The notes under the pieces: generated by a model
What the model saw: only the letters and a program-made list of their open reading frames with translations
The model's database searches: none
Told to the model about the DNA's origin: nothing
In this document: in pieces, positions 8,423 through 16,348 of the stretch
Numbering within the stretch: the stretch's first letter is position 1
Layout: each line of letters begins with the position of its first letter
Position numbers and translations under genes: made by a program
From: a virus
Taxonomy: Duplodnaviria > Caudoviricetes
DNA: 51,539 nucleotides
Direction: 5' to 3' (one strand)
Virus record (IMG/VR): IMGVR_UViG_3300008223_000004
Location: 1-51,539 of that record

Positions 8423-9034
8423 ATGATTACACTAAATTCGAATATTGACGCGGCAAAAAGAAAAGACGCTTTCATTATGGCTACTAAATTAATGGAAGGG
8501 GGCGAACTGTTAGAAACAGAAAAAGAATCTCTTTATAAATACTTTTCGCCTGCTTTGCCTAAAACAGCTAAAGAGCCGTGGAAGTGGGTCGCCAAAGCAG
8601 TGCCGACTAACGATGTTAGATACTATCTGAATTATTTATATAGCGATGGGGGGCGTTTGATTGGTACCGATGGCCATAGGATGCACTTTATAGAAACTGA
8701 TTTAAAAGCCGGTTTTTATAACCCTAAAACACTTGACCCTATTACAGTCGATGGCCGGTTTCCAGATATTGAAAGAGTAATACCAAAAAAAACCAATTTT
8801 AAAGAATATGTTTTATCTGATTTGGTTCATGGTTCAACGCCATTAATCAAATCAGGAAAAACTATTGAACACGTAATAATTGGAAAGCATAAAACACACG
8901 TTAATAAGGATTACTTATACCAGGCTTTTAATAAATTCGACGGCGTGAAAATTTCAGTTGGTGAAAATGATAATTCTAGCATTTTAGGCCAAAATGACTT
9001 TGGTTCATTCGTTATTATGCCTATGAGAAAGTAA
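8423..9034 (+). CDS. Protein with DNA polymerase III beta-clamp-like segment
   Basis: DVRYYLNYLY...LIGTDGHRMH...GRFPDIERVIP...VIMPMR mirror DnaN motifs. Confidence 0.7.
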   Translation: MITLNSNIDAAKRKDAFIMATKLMEGGELLETEKESLYKYFSPALPKTAKEPWKWVAKAVPTNDVRYYLNYLYSDGGRLIGTDGHRMHFIETDLKAGFYNPKTLDPITVDGRFPDIERVIPKKTNFKEYVLSDLVHGSTPLIKSGKTIEHVIIGKHKTHVNKDYLYQAFNKFDGVKISVGENDNSSILGQNDFGSFVIMPMRK

Positions 9035-9122
9035 CAAGCCAGGAATAAAACAGCCTGCTATTTTAGCGGGCTTTTTGGGTGAAACTATTAAATTTTAAAA
9101 CTATCAATCGAGGGTTTAAACC

Positions 9123-10883
9123 ATGAAAACAGCACAAAAAAGAACTTTATCAACACACGCGCAAGTGGCTAAAAATATTCGTAACTTTACAAAATCAATG
9201 GGCGTTAAATGTCGCGCTGTTAGTGACTCTTACAGTATGGGCAGTTCTGTTAATTGGTATGTAGAAGATTTACACCCTGATATTTTTGACAAGATTAGAG
9301 ACTTTGCTAATCAACATCAGTATGGAGGTTTTAACGCGATGGAAGATATTTACGAGAGTTCAAACAGCCGCGACGATATAGCCCAGGTTAAGCACGTTTT
9401 TGATAATAGAGGATTCAGCGACCAATTAACGGAAAAGGCGTGGCTATGGTTGCGCGAAAAGTTGCCAGGCAATGCAAAAGATTTACCGTCAAATTACAGT
9501 GACGCAAAAGAACTAAACTTTTATACAGGCGAGCAAGACTACAACCCACACCAAACCACGCGAGGGCGTGTTCATGGCATCTTATCTGGTGATGACTTTC
9601 ACGGGGAAAACTGGCGTGAATTTTGGGCAAGTATAGAAGAAAAGAAAGAAGTACAAAAAGTTGTTCCTATTAATATTGACTCAAGTATCACCATAGAAGA
9701 ACACACGCACACCAAAAAAGGCTTTCAGATGTTTATCTGTATTTTTCCTTATATGGATCGAGAACAATATTTAAGCACTCTAGAAGGCGCACAAAGTAAC
9801 GGGGGTTGGTATTCTCGCAAGTGGGGAAAAACGCCCGCCGGTTTCGCCTTTAAAGAGCATGAAACTGCTAAAGCCTTTATTGATTCACTTGAACCAGGGA
9901 CCACCCAAACGGAAACAAGCCAGACAACAACGCCAACGGCACCAAAAAAGAAAACAAGCCAGGGCGCGAAGTTGCGAACACTAGCCGAAAAGCTTACAAG
10001 CCAAATAGACGCGAAACGGGGCGACCGATTAACCAACACACCAAAACGATTAAAAGAGGCTGCAAGCGCCCGTAATGAAGCTGACCGACTAGAAAGAACT
10101 CAAAACGCACTTTATGCTTTAGCGGGTTTACATGAAACCGAAGCTTTACCGGCTTTACTAGAAAAATTTATTAGTAAAAAATCTGTTTATGATGCCATGA
10201 GCAGTGCAAGCGAAGTTGTAAACAATGGCTTTCATGCTTATTACACCGACACCAACGAACCACGCGACACAAGCCCTGAAACCATCGCTTTATGGTCATT
10301 ATTGAGCCCTGAAAGTGATGAAGCCAAAAAAGAAAAGGACCTTAAAAGCGAAGTAGAAAAACTTCAATTTTGTTCTATCCCTGGTTATTTCCCCACACCT
10401 AAAACAGTTATTGATTTGATGTTAAGCAATATCGACATTAAGCCAGGTCACAAAATACTTGAGCCAAGTGGTGGAAGTGGCGCCATATTGGACGCAATAA
10501 AAGACCATGAACCAGGCGCAACGCTCCACACTTGCGAAGTAAATCATAGTTTAAGAAGTATTTTAGATAAAAAAGGCTATGAACTAAAAGAGCATAATTT
10601 TCTAGACTATAACGCGCCCGCTTATGATGCGGTTTTAATGAATCCCCCGTTCGAGAATTTACAAGATATTGAGCATATACAACACGCGTATAGTCTTTTA
10701 AAAACCGGCGGGCGGTTAGTGGCTATTATGTCGCCTAGTGCTTTTTTCAGAATGGATAAAAAAAGCGAGGCTTTCCGAACCTGGTTTTATTTATTAGATG
10801 GACTTGAAACCGATCTACCAGAAAACAGTTTTAAAGGCTCTGGAACTGGCGTTAATACAAAATTAATTGTTTTAGATAAATAA
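9123..10883 (+). CDS. Polyvalent-type N6-adenine DNA methyltransferase with LPD29-like N-terminal domain
   Basis: YFPTP, LEPSGGSG (motif I), VLMNPPF (motif IV); N-terminal SYSMGSSVNW...FNAMEDIY. Confidence 0.8.
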   Translation: MKTAQKRTLSTHAQVAKNIRNFTKSMGVKCRAVSDSYSMGSSVNWYVEDLHPDIFDKIRDFANQHQYGGFNAMEDIYESSNSRDDIAQVKHVFDNRGFSDQLTEKAWLWLREKLPGNAKDLPSNYSDAKELNFYTGEQDYNPHQTTRGRVHGILSGDDFHGENWREFWASIEEKKEVQKVVPINIDSSITIEEHTHTKKGFQMFICIFPYMDREQYLSTLEGAQSNGGWYSRKWGKTPAGFAFKEHETAKAFIDSLEPGTTQTETSQTTTPTAPKKKTSQGAKLRTLAEKLTSQIDAKRGDRLTNTPKRLKEAASARNEADRLERTQNALYALAGLHETEALPALLEKFISKKSVYDAMSSASEVVNNGFHAYYTDTNEPRDTSPETIALWSLLSPESDEAKKEKDLKSEVEKLQFCSIPGYFPTPKTVIDLMLSNIDIKPGHKILEPSGGSGAILDAIKDHEPGATLHTCEVNHSLRSILDKKGYELKEHNFLDYNAPAYDAVLMNPPFENLQDIEHIQHAYSLLKTGGRLVAIMSPSAFFRMDKKSEAFRTWFYLLDGLETDLPENSFKGSGTGVNTKLIVLDK

Positions 10884-10891
10884 GGGGCTTT

Positions 10892-11095
10892 ATGACTATT
10901 AAAAGAAAACTCGGGTTTGGCCATCTTGGTAATGGTTTGGTTGTTTGGGATAGTTTGCACGAAAAACACGGGGACTATGAGAAAGTAGCGCATATAAACC
11001 ATGATAGAACAATTACTTATCACACCTCGTTAACTGAAAAAGAAAAGGAGGATATTGTAAGCGCCTCAAAAGCTGACAAGCCATATTTTTATTAA
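10892..11095 (+). CDS. Small protein (FGHLGNGLVVWD...DYEKVAHI)
   Basis: Motif resembles modules of large polyvalent/DarB-like proteins; AAGGGG RBS. Confidence 0.65.
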   Translation: MTIKRKLGFGHLGNGLVVWDSLHEKHGDYEKVAHINHDRTITYHTSLTEKEKEDIVSASKADKPYFY

Positions 11096-11175
11096 CCACC
11101 AAGAATAAAACCAGCCTGCTATTTTAGCGGGCTTTTTGGGTGAAAAATACAAACTATCAAACGAGGGTTTAAAGC

Positions 11176-11361
11176 ATGAAAACTTACAACATAGTAGATA
11201 TTAAATGTATGGAAATTAGAATGCGCGGCAAGAAAGTAAGGCTTTACAACTTTAAAAACTTAGTAAAGCGCGAAGATGCGCGGAAAATAGCGGATAGAAT
11301 CGAAAGAAATAAAAGCGTGTTTATTGTTAATTGCTGGACTAATCACAATACATTTATTTAA
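11176..11361 (+). CDS. Small basic hypothetical protein
   Basis: Preceded by repeat RBS motif. Confidence 0.65.
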   Translation: MKTYNIVDIKCMEIRMRGKKVRLYNFKNLVKREDARKIADRIERNKSVFIVNCWTNHNTFI

Positions 11362-11372
11362 GGGGCTTAAAA

Positions 11373-11477
11373 ATGGATCTATACCAGGTATGCGAGTTTT
11401 TACAGTCTTGTTCCTATATTTTAGCCGGTCCTTTGTTTGTTTGGGGGCTCTTTGGTGAATTTAACGGGATCGAATAA
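11373..11477 (+). CDS. Small hydrophobic peptide (34 aa, not in ORF track)
   Basis: MDLYQVCEFLQSCSYILAGPLFVWGLFGEFNGIE; AAGGGG RBS. Confidence 0.45.
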   Translation: MDLYQVCEFLQSCSYILAGPLFVWGLFGEFNGIE

Positions 11478-11552
11478 AGCGCCATAGAATGAAATAGCCT
11501 GCTTTTAGCGGGCTTTTTGGGCATCAAACAACCATCAAACGAGGGTTTATAA

Positions 11553-11834
11553 ATGATCATTGACGGCGTATTAGCTTTTTCTATCACCTGTAAAGAGCCA
11601 AACGGAAAACAGTATATAAACCAGGTCTTAGAAAGTGTTCTTTATGATGATGACCATAATTTTATCGATACCATGACGCGAGAGGGTTTATATTATGCTA
11701 AAAAAGCAATTGAACGCGTACCAGGCCGCGAATTAATAAGCGTGAATATTGACGAATATCAATATTGTAAAGATGATAAATACATTGAAACCAAGGTTAA
11801 TATTAAGTTAAGCCATAAATTAGGCACAATTTAA
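11553..11834 (+). CDS. Leader-array hypothetical protein
   Basis: Preceded by repeat RBS motif. Confidence 0.7.
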   Translation: MIIDGVLAFSITCKEPNGKQYINQVLESVLYDDDHNFIDTMTREGLYYAKKAIERVPGRELISVNIDEYQYCKDDKYIETKVNIKLSHKLGTI

Positions 11835-12374
11835 GCAATATTAACAAAGTGTAACAAATTTATTATGCTGTTTTTCGGGTAGTTTTGGGCTTTAATTTTG
11901 AGCTTTACCCGCTAACGTTTTGCTATGGATTGAGCTTAATTTTTAGGTTTAAACCATAGAATAATGTATTTTATCGGCTTTTTTGTGCCTTTTTTGGGTC
12001 CAATGATGCGAGCGCTTGAAAAAGTGGGCTTTTTTCCGGCTTTTTACCCGGGCTTATGATTTTAATCAAACGTCTGCTAATTTAAAGCCGTTTGAGCGTC
12101 GATAGAAAAACACTGACATTGTTACGGGTCAAGCGCTGAAAGGATCACTATCGGCACGAAATTACCTGAAAAACGATTCTGAAAAGAGGATCAAATGACC
12201 AAAAAACCAGGTTTCGAGGGGTCAAGGCCGATTCGTCCATTTCACCTACGTTTTTTTGTAGCGGGGACCTTTTTGACTAGGACGTTTTGTAGCTGGAAGC
12301 TTTTTATTTTGAGACTTAAGCTTATAAAATATTTTATTTTGAATAAATTTTAATTATCAAACGAGGATTAAATA

Positions 12375-12614
12375 ATGCTGGATATTTTTAAAAGTAACTA
12401 TAAAGACTGTCGGGATAATGTTGTTCTTGAAATCGATGAAGATGGTTATGTTGAGTCTGTTATCGACGGCGTATTTCCATTACTAGACAATGGCGACCCC
12501 TACCCTCACGGAGTAATTTGCCGCGACCAGGATAAAAACTATATTTGGGTTACTACCGATATGGATTTCCAAACTTTAGTAGCTGAAGATTTGAGCGCTA
12601 GACAACTGCCTTAA
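12375..12614 (+). CDS. Acidic hypothetical protein
   Basis: Preceded by repeat RBS motif. Confidence 0.7.
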   Translation: MLDIFKSNYKDCRDNVVLEIDEDGYVESVIDGVFPLLDNGDPYPHGVICRDQDKNYIWVTTDMDFQTLVAEDLSARQLP

Positions 12615-12726
12615 CATAAGACATACCCAGCTTAATACCCATTGGGTATGTTTGGGTATAAAAGCAATGAAGTGTTTTTTGATGTATTTAGCGTGAAAAA
12701 ACACTTCATCAAATAAAAGGATAATT

Positions 12727-12954
12727 ATGTTAGATAACAATGATGTTTTTAAGAAAGTAAAAATAGCAACCGCGAAGCTTTCAGATTTAAAGGATGCAGA
12801 GTTTAAAGAGTGCTTTCGCCTGGGTGGTCATGAGATTACAGTAGCGAACTTTGATAGCTATAAGGTAAGCACTGACAACAAGCGATACAAGCCTATGCCA
12901 GATGAAGCGCTCGAAGCGTTCTTGGATGGGTTAGTTTCATTTTCAAAAAAGTAG
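12727..12954 (+). CDS. DUF1456 (YehS-like) half-size protein
   Basis: NNDVFKKV...LGGHEIT...PDEALEAFLDGLV. Confidence 0.7.
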   Translation: MLDNNDVFKKVKIATAKLSDLKDAEFKECFRLGGHEITVANFDSYKVSTDNKRYKPMPDEALEAFLDGLVSFSKK

Positions 12955-12969
12955 ATAATTTATTTTGTA

Positions 12970-13317
12970 GTGAGGGTGGTTTTGATAAAAGAAAGAAGTG
13001 GATATAAAGCTGCGGCAATTGCGCAAGTGGTTATCGAAATGGTGGCACTTAAAGCCATTGCGAGGAATACCAATGTTTTGCAAGTGCAAGTGGTAGCGCA
13101 TCATAAACTTACTGCGTTAAGTGTTGTGGGTACCAACATGGCATCAACACCGGCAAGACTATTTAACTCTAAAGGCAAGATAGATAAACGTAGGCTGGCT
13201 AGGCAAAATAGAAAACTAAAAGTGTTTACAGTTTCCACTCCAATTAAGCCAATTGATTCTGATTGGTTGCGGAAAACTTTAAATGAAAACACCAGTGGTG
13301 AGTGGGTTGTAGTATGA
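12970..13317 (+). CDS. Hypothetical protein (true start possibly at MASTP, ~13138)
   Basis: ORF track; stop overlaps next start. Confidence 0.4.
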   Translation: MRVVLIKERSGYKAAAIAQVVIEMVALKAIARNTNVLQVQVVAHHKLTALSVVGTNMASTPARLFNSKGKIDKRRLARQNRKLKVFTVSTPIKPIDSDWLRKTLNENTSGEWVVV

Positions 13318-13601
13318 GTAATATTTACGAAGTTAACGAGTTAATGACCATCGCAAAAGGCGAGCACTCTGATTATTGCGTACAAGGCTTATTCAAAGTA
13401 GTGAAACAGATAGACGCAAAAGAGCTTTTATCAGTGTGGGCTAAATCGAGAGGGTTGGAGACTAGAGGTGGTGCATATATTGGGGCGTGGAGAGAAGGTA
13501 TTAGTTTTGTCGGGTGGTTAAATAGAAATGGATATATTGAAGAGGTTCAGTATAGAGAATTGCATATTGGTGATGATCATGAGGTTGAGATAAGTGAATG
13601 A
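13314..13601 (+). CDS. Phage hypothetical protein
   Basis: Coupled ORF, start at MSNIY. Confidence 0.6.
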   Translation: MSNIYEVNELMTIAKGEHSDYCVQGLFKVVKQIDAKELLSVWAKSRGLETRGGAYIGAWREGISFVGWLNRNGYIEEVQYRELHIGDDHEVEISE

Positions 13602-13968
13602 GCTAAAGTACGATAAGTTTTTGAAAGCCTCAAGGACTTTGATTAATCCTGAGTATAGGAATGGTTATCATTTAGGTCTTATGCGATTCTTTAAAAATAT
13701 CAGCCAGCCAATTGATAAGCTATCTAGAGCGGAATGGTCAAAGGATTACCAGGAAGGGTTTAAAGACGGGTCTAAGGGTAAATCACCCAAAGGTATTGAC
13801 GGGCGTATAGGCAACTTTAATCAAAAGGGTGTTAATGCCAACACTAGGGTTATATTGCGGATTAATAGCGACCTTAAAACAGAATTCAAAGCCAAGGCTA
13901 AGGCAGAAGGGGTAAGCCTCTCAGAATGGATCACAGAGGCTTGTGTGGAGAAGCTTAAAAACACTTAG
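13594..13968 (+). CDS. Protein with C-terminal ribbon-helix-helix (Arc/HicB-like) domain
   Basis: RVILRINSDLKTEFKAKAKAEGVSLSEWI. Confidence 0.7.
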   Translation: MNELKYDKFLKASRTLINPEYRNGYHLGLMRFFKNISQPIDKLSRAEWSKDYQEGFKDGSKGKSPKGIDGRIGNFNQKGVNANTRVILRINSDLKTEFKAKAKAEGVSLSEWITEACVEKLKNT

Positions 13969-13988
13969 TTTTTTGTAGCGGTTGGAGT

Positions 13989-14483
13989 TTAGAAATCTGA
14001 GAACGTAGATTTTTCATTTAATGCCCGCTCTAAACCATTTGATAAGCTTGCAAAGTCAGCAACGATTGATTGATACCCTGACTCTGTAGGCCATAACCAT
14101 CCAGAACACGCGCTAAAGCTTGGTGCGCCTTCAAGAAGATCAAGTTGAAGTCTTGCTTTGCCGTCCTTGCTTTGAAATTTTAAATTATATTCTGACGCAC
14201 AATTATTAGACATTAGCGCCCATGTTGCCGCGCCCTTACCTATCAAGCGATGCGTGTCTTTATCTTGCACCCGTAAAACAGACCGACTATCCCCATAAGC
14301 TTCCGCGAAATAATCACGCGCCCTAACCCATAGTTCATCTTTATCTACAGCTTCTACCTGGTAATCGTAAACAAAGGTTCTTTGGGCATCCTGGCTAGCT
14401 TGCTGCATTCCTGCACAAGCTGATAATAAAACAATTGAAGTCAGTAAAGTGATAGTTTTAAACATGGTTTTGATCCCTGGCAT
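13989..14483 (-). CDS. Lipoprotein moron (DUF4468-like)
   Basis: Lipobox LSAC; KDELWVRARDYFAEAYGDSRSVL pattern. Confidence 0.75.
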   Translation of the reverse strand: MPGIKTMFKTITLLTSIVLLSACAGMQQASQDAQRTFVYDYQVEAVDKDELWVRARDYFAEAYGDSRSVLRVQDKDTHRLIGKGAATWALMSNNCASEYNLKFQSKDGKARLQLDLLEGAPSFSACSGWLWPTESGYQSIVADFASLSNGLERALNEKSTFSDF

Positions 14484-14690
14484 ATTTAGTTTTTCACAAC
14501 ATACAATAATTTTTAAGTTATGTGTATGTTATCGCCCTCAATTAAAACGCTTTAATCTCTAGTCCTGGCAATAGGTATGCCTTTTTTCTTGCTTTACGTC
14601 CTCCTACATAACAGACGCCAGATAATAGCTAAACCCTTTCTATTACTAGTCTATCACCATGTTGACCAATCCCCACTATCTCGGCATTGT

Positions 14691-15899
14691 CTAGGTATTG
14701 CCTTGATTTATCACCCTCATAAAACCTTGTTCATTTAACCATTCATGGTAACGCTCTAAGGCTTCACGCTTGGCTTTCTCAGTGCTGGTATGAATGTAGG
14801 TTTGATCTAGTTTGGACATTTTGTGATTTAAAAGCCGCTCCGCAATATGGTAATCAATACCTAGGTCAGCCCATTCCGTACGGGCAAGCTTTCGCACATC
14901 GTGAGCCCGCCAATTTGAGTCGCTAACCTTGCGTACTACTTTACCCGCCTTAGATTCAGACCAGCTTTCATTCTTTGAACTGGGGAATAGGTATACACCG
15001 TAGCAGCCGTTTTGCTTCTGGTGGTCCGCGTAGTTGTTAAGTAATAGCTTGGTGGTAGGGGTGATCGGCAGCCTTAATGCTTCACGGGTTTTTACGTTCT
15101 CAACGGGTAGATGCCAATAGTTATTAATCAAGTCAAAGTCTAGCCACTTGGCTTTTCTGCTTTCGCCAATACGGGTGCCATGTAATAACATGAGAGAGAC
15201 AAGGGCGCGTGCTGGCCACTCTTGCTGCTCAAGCTCCGTTATCATTTTTGGGGCGTAGTCTGGCCTTATTGCTGCGGGTTTGGGTTTTGGCTTCGCCACA
15301 AGAAAATCAGAAAGCTTTAGGTTGGCTAGTGGGTCAAGTTCGATCAGTTTAAGCTTGTGCGCACGCCTCACAGCCGTTTTTAGGATTCCCCATACCTGTA
15401 GAATGAATGAGGCTGAATAATCCGCTTGCAAGGGCCAGATTAAGCCTTGGTCAATCACGCCTCGATCAAGGTCTTTGATGTTGATGTCGCCTAATTTTGG
15501 GAACAGGTGGCACTTGAGCGCAGACATCACACTCACCTTTCGTTTGTCTGTTATTTGTCGATCCCCTTTTAAACGCGCTTGATACCATAGCAATAGGCCC
15601 GATACTTTTACCCATTGATCTGTGAGCGCTACATCATCCAGCGCATACCTAGCCAGTATGTCGGGTAGTCGCTTTTCTAGGGATTTAAAGGGCAACTCTG
15701 GATAGCTGCCTAATTTCTTCCAGATTGATTTACCTTGTTCATAAAACACGATGTACCAGGTACCGCCCGTTCTAGATTTATTGATCCTTATTCGTAGCCT
15801 AGAGTGCGAATCTCTCAATTCATTTATCGCCATGCTGTCACGGCCTTTCAAATATTTCTTTATTACCGTTTCTGATAATGGAACGGTTGCCGTTGCCAT
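14691..15899 (-). CDS. Second full-length tyrosine recombinase with arm-type N-terminal domain
   Basis: HGTRIGE, VKT, AHDVRK, LLNH, QTY catalytic residues intact. Confidence 0.92.
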   Translation of the reverse strand: MATATVPLSETVIKKYLKGRDSMAINELRDSHSRLRIRINKSRTGGTWYIVFYEQGKSIWKKLGSYPELPFKSLEKRLPDILARYALDDVALTDQWVKVSGLLLWYQARLKGDRQITDKRKVSVMSALKCHLFPKLGDINIKDLDRGVIDQGLIWPLQADYSASFILQVWGILKTAVRRAHKLKLIELDPLANLKLSDFLVAKPKPKPAAIRPDYAPKMITELEQQEWPARALVSLMLLHGTRIGESRKAKWLDFDLINNYWHLPVENVKTREALRLPITPTTKLLLNNYADHQKQNGCYGVYLFPSSKNESWSESKAGKVVRKVSDSNWRAHDVRKLARTEWADLGIDYHIAERLLNHKMSKLDQTYIHTSTEKAKREALERYHEWLNEQGFMRVINQGNT

Positions 15900-15948
15900 A
15901 TTCTACTCACTCAATAGTTAATGTTATTGCCTGGGTTAATCAGCGTTT

Positions 15949-15967
15949 AAATCAGTTAAGTGATAAT
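15949..15967 (+). repeat. 19-bp repeat, copy 3, upstream of the second recombinase
   Basis: Exact match; 23-bp identity with copy 2. Confidence 0.9.
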
Positions 15968-15970
15968 TAT

Positions 15971-16348
15971 TTACTTTGTTTTGAGTAGGCTTATCAGGTA
16001 AATGATAGGGGTAAGAATTAAGCAGGAAAAAATCACCACGAATGATAAAAGGGTTAAGCCAACATCATTACCGCGACGATACTTTTTGCTTCGCTCCCAC
16101 TTGAAAGCGAAATAACAATGCCTCTTACCATCAAGCGGGTAAAAGGTTGAATCAATCACCCATTGCAAAAACTTCCAATAGTAGCTTTTCTTTGTTAATG
16201 CAAAATACCCTGTTCGTCCAGAAATAGTTAATTTGTTATGCCCTCCGCACAAAGCGTTACCAAGACGATCTATGTTGACCAAGAAGCCCATTATTGATTT
16301 AGATTTGAATATCGCTATAAAAGCGACTTTTAAGTTTAATAAGTACAT
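15971..16348 (-). CDS. Phage membrane-associated hypothetical protein
   Basis: IDRLGNALCGG...TISGRTG and C-terminal TM helix. Confidence 0.7.
   Translation of the reverse strand: MYLLNLKVAFIAIFKSKSIMGFLVNIDRLGNALCGGHNKLTISGRTGYFALTKKSYYWKFLQWVIDSTFYPLDGKRHCYFAFKWERSKKYRRGNDVGLTLLSFVVIFSCLILTPIIYLISLLKTK

Larger units (their letters stand above)
8347..11521 (+). terminator. Repeated hairpin/terminator-like element, 4 copies (stems ~8361-8380, 9052-9072, 11113-11133, 11496-11514)
   Basis: CCAnGAATAAAAC-AGCCTGCTA..TAGCGGGCT-TTTTGGGTGAAA with compensatory changes. Confidence 0.75.
7832..12372 (+). repeat. Dispersed repeat AACTATCAAWCGAGGGTTTA before ATG, 7 copies (~7832, 8196, 8399, 9097, 11151, 11530, 12352)
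   Basis: Read directly; 8196-8219 and 9097-9120 are identical over 24 bp. Confidence 0.85.

Noticed and set aside
7440-12350. GATC avoidance in the putative first-injected region
   Set aside because: Several GATC sites are present (for example near 7725, 7983, 8233, 9755, 10813), so avoidance is not supported
7832-12372. Repeats as a CRISPR array or classical integron attC sites
   Set aside because: Spacing is gene-sized and irregular, there are no cas genes, no GTTRRRY/RYYYAAC pattern was seen, and the recombinases do not look like IntI
13302-13968. HicAB toxin-antitoxin pair
   Set aside because: Only an RHH domain is evident; the upstream ORF lacks HicA features
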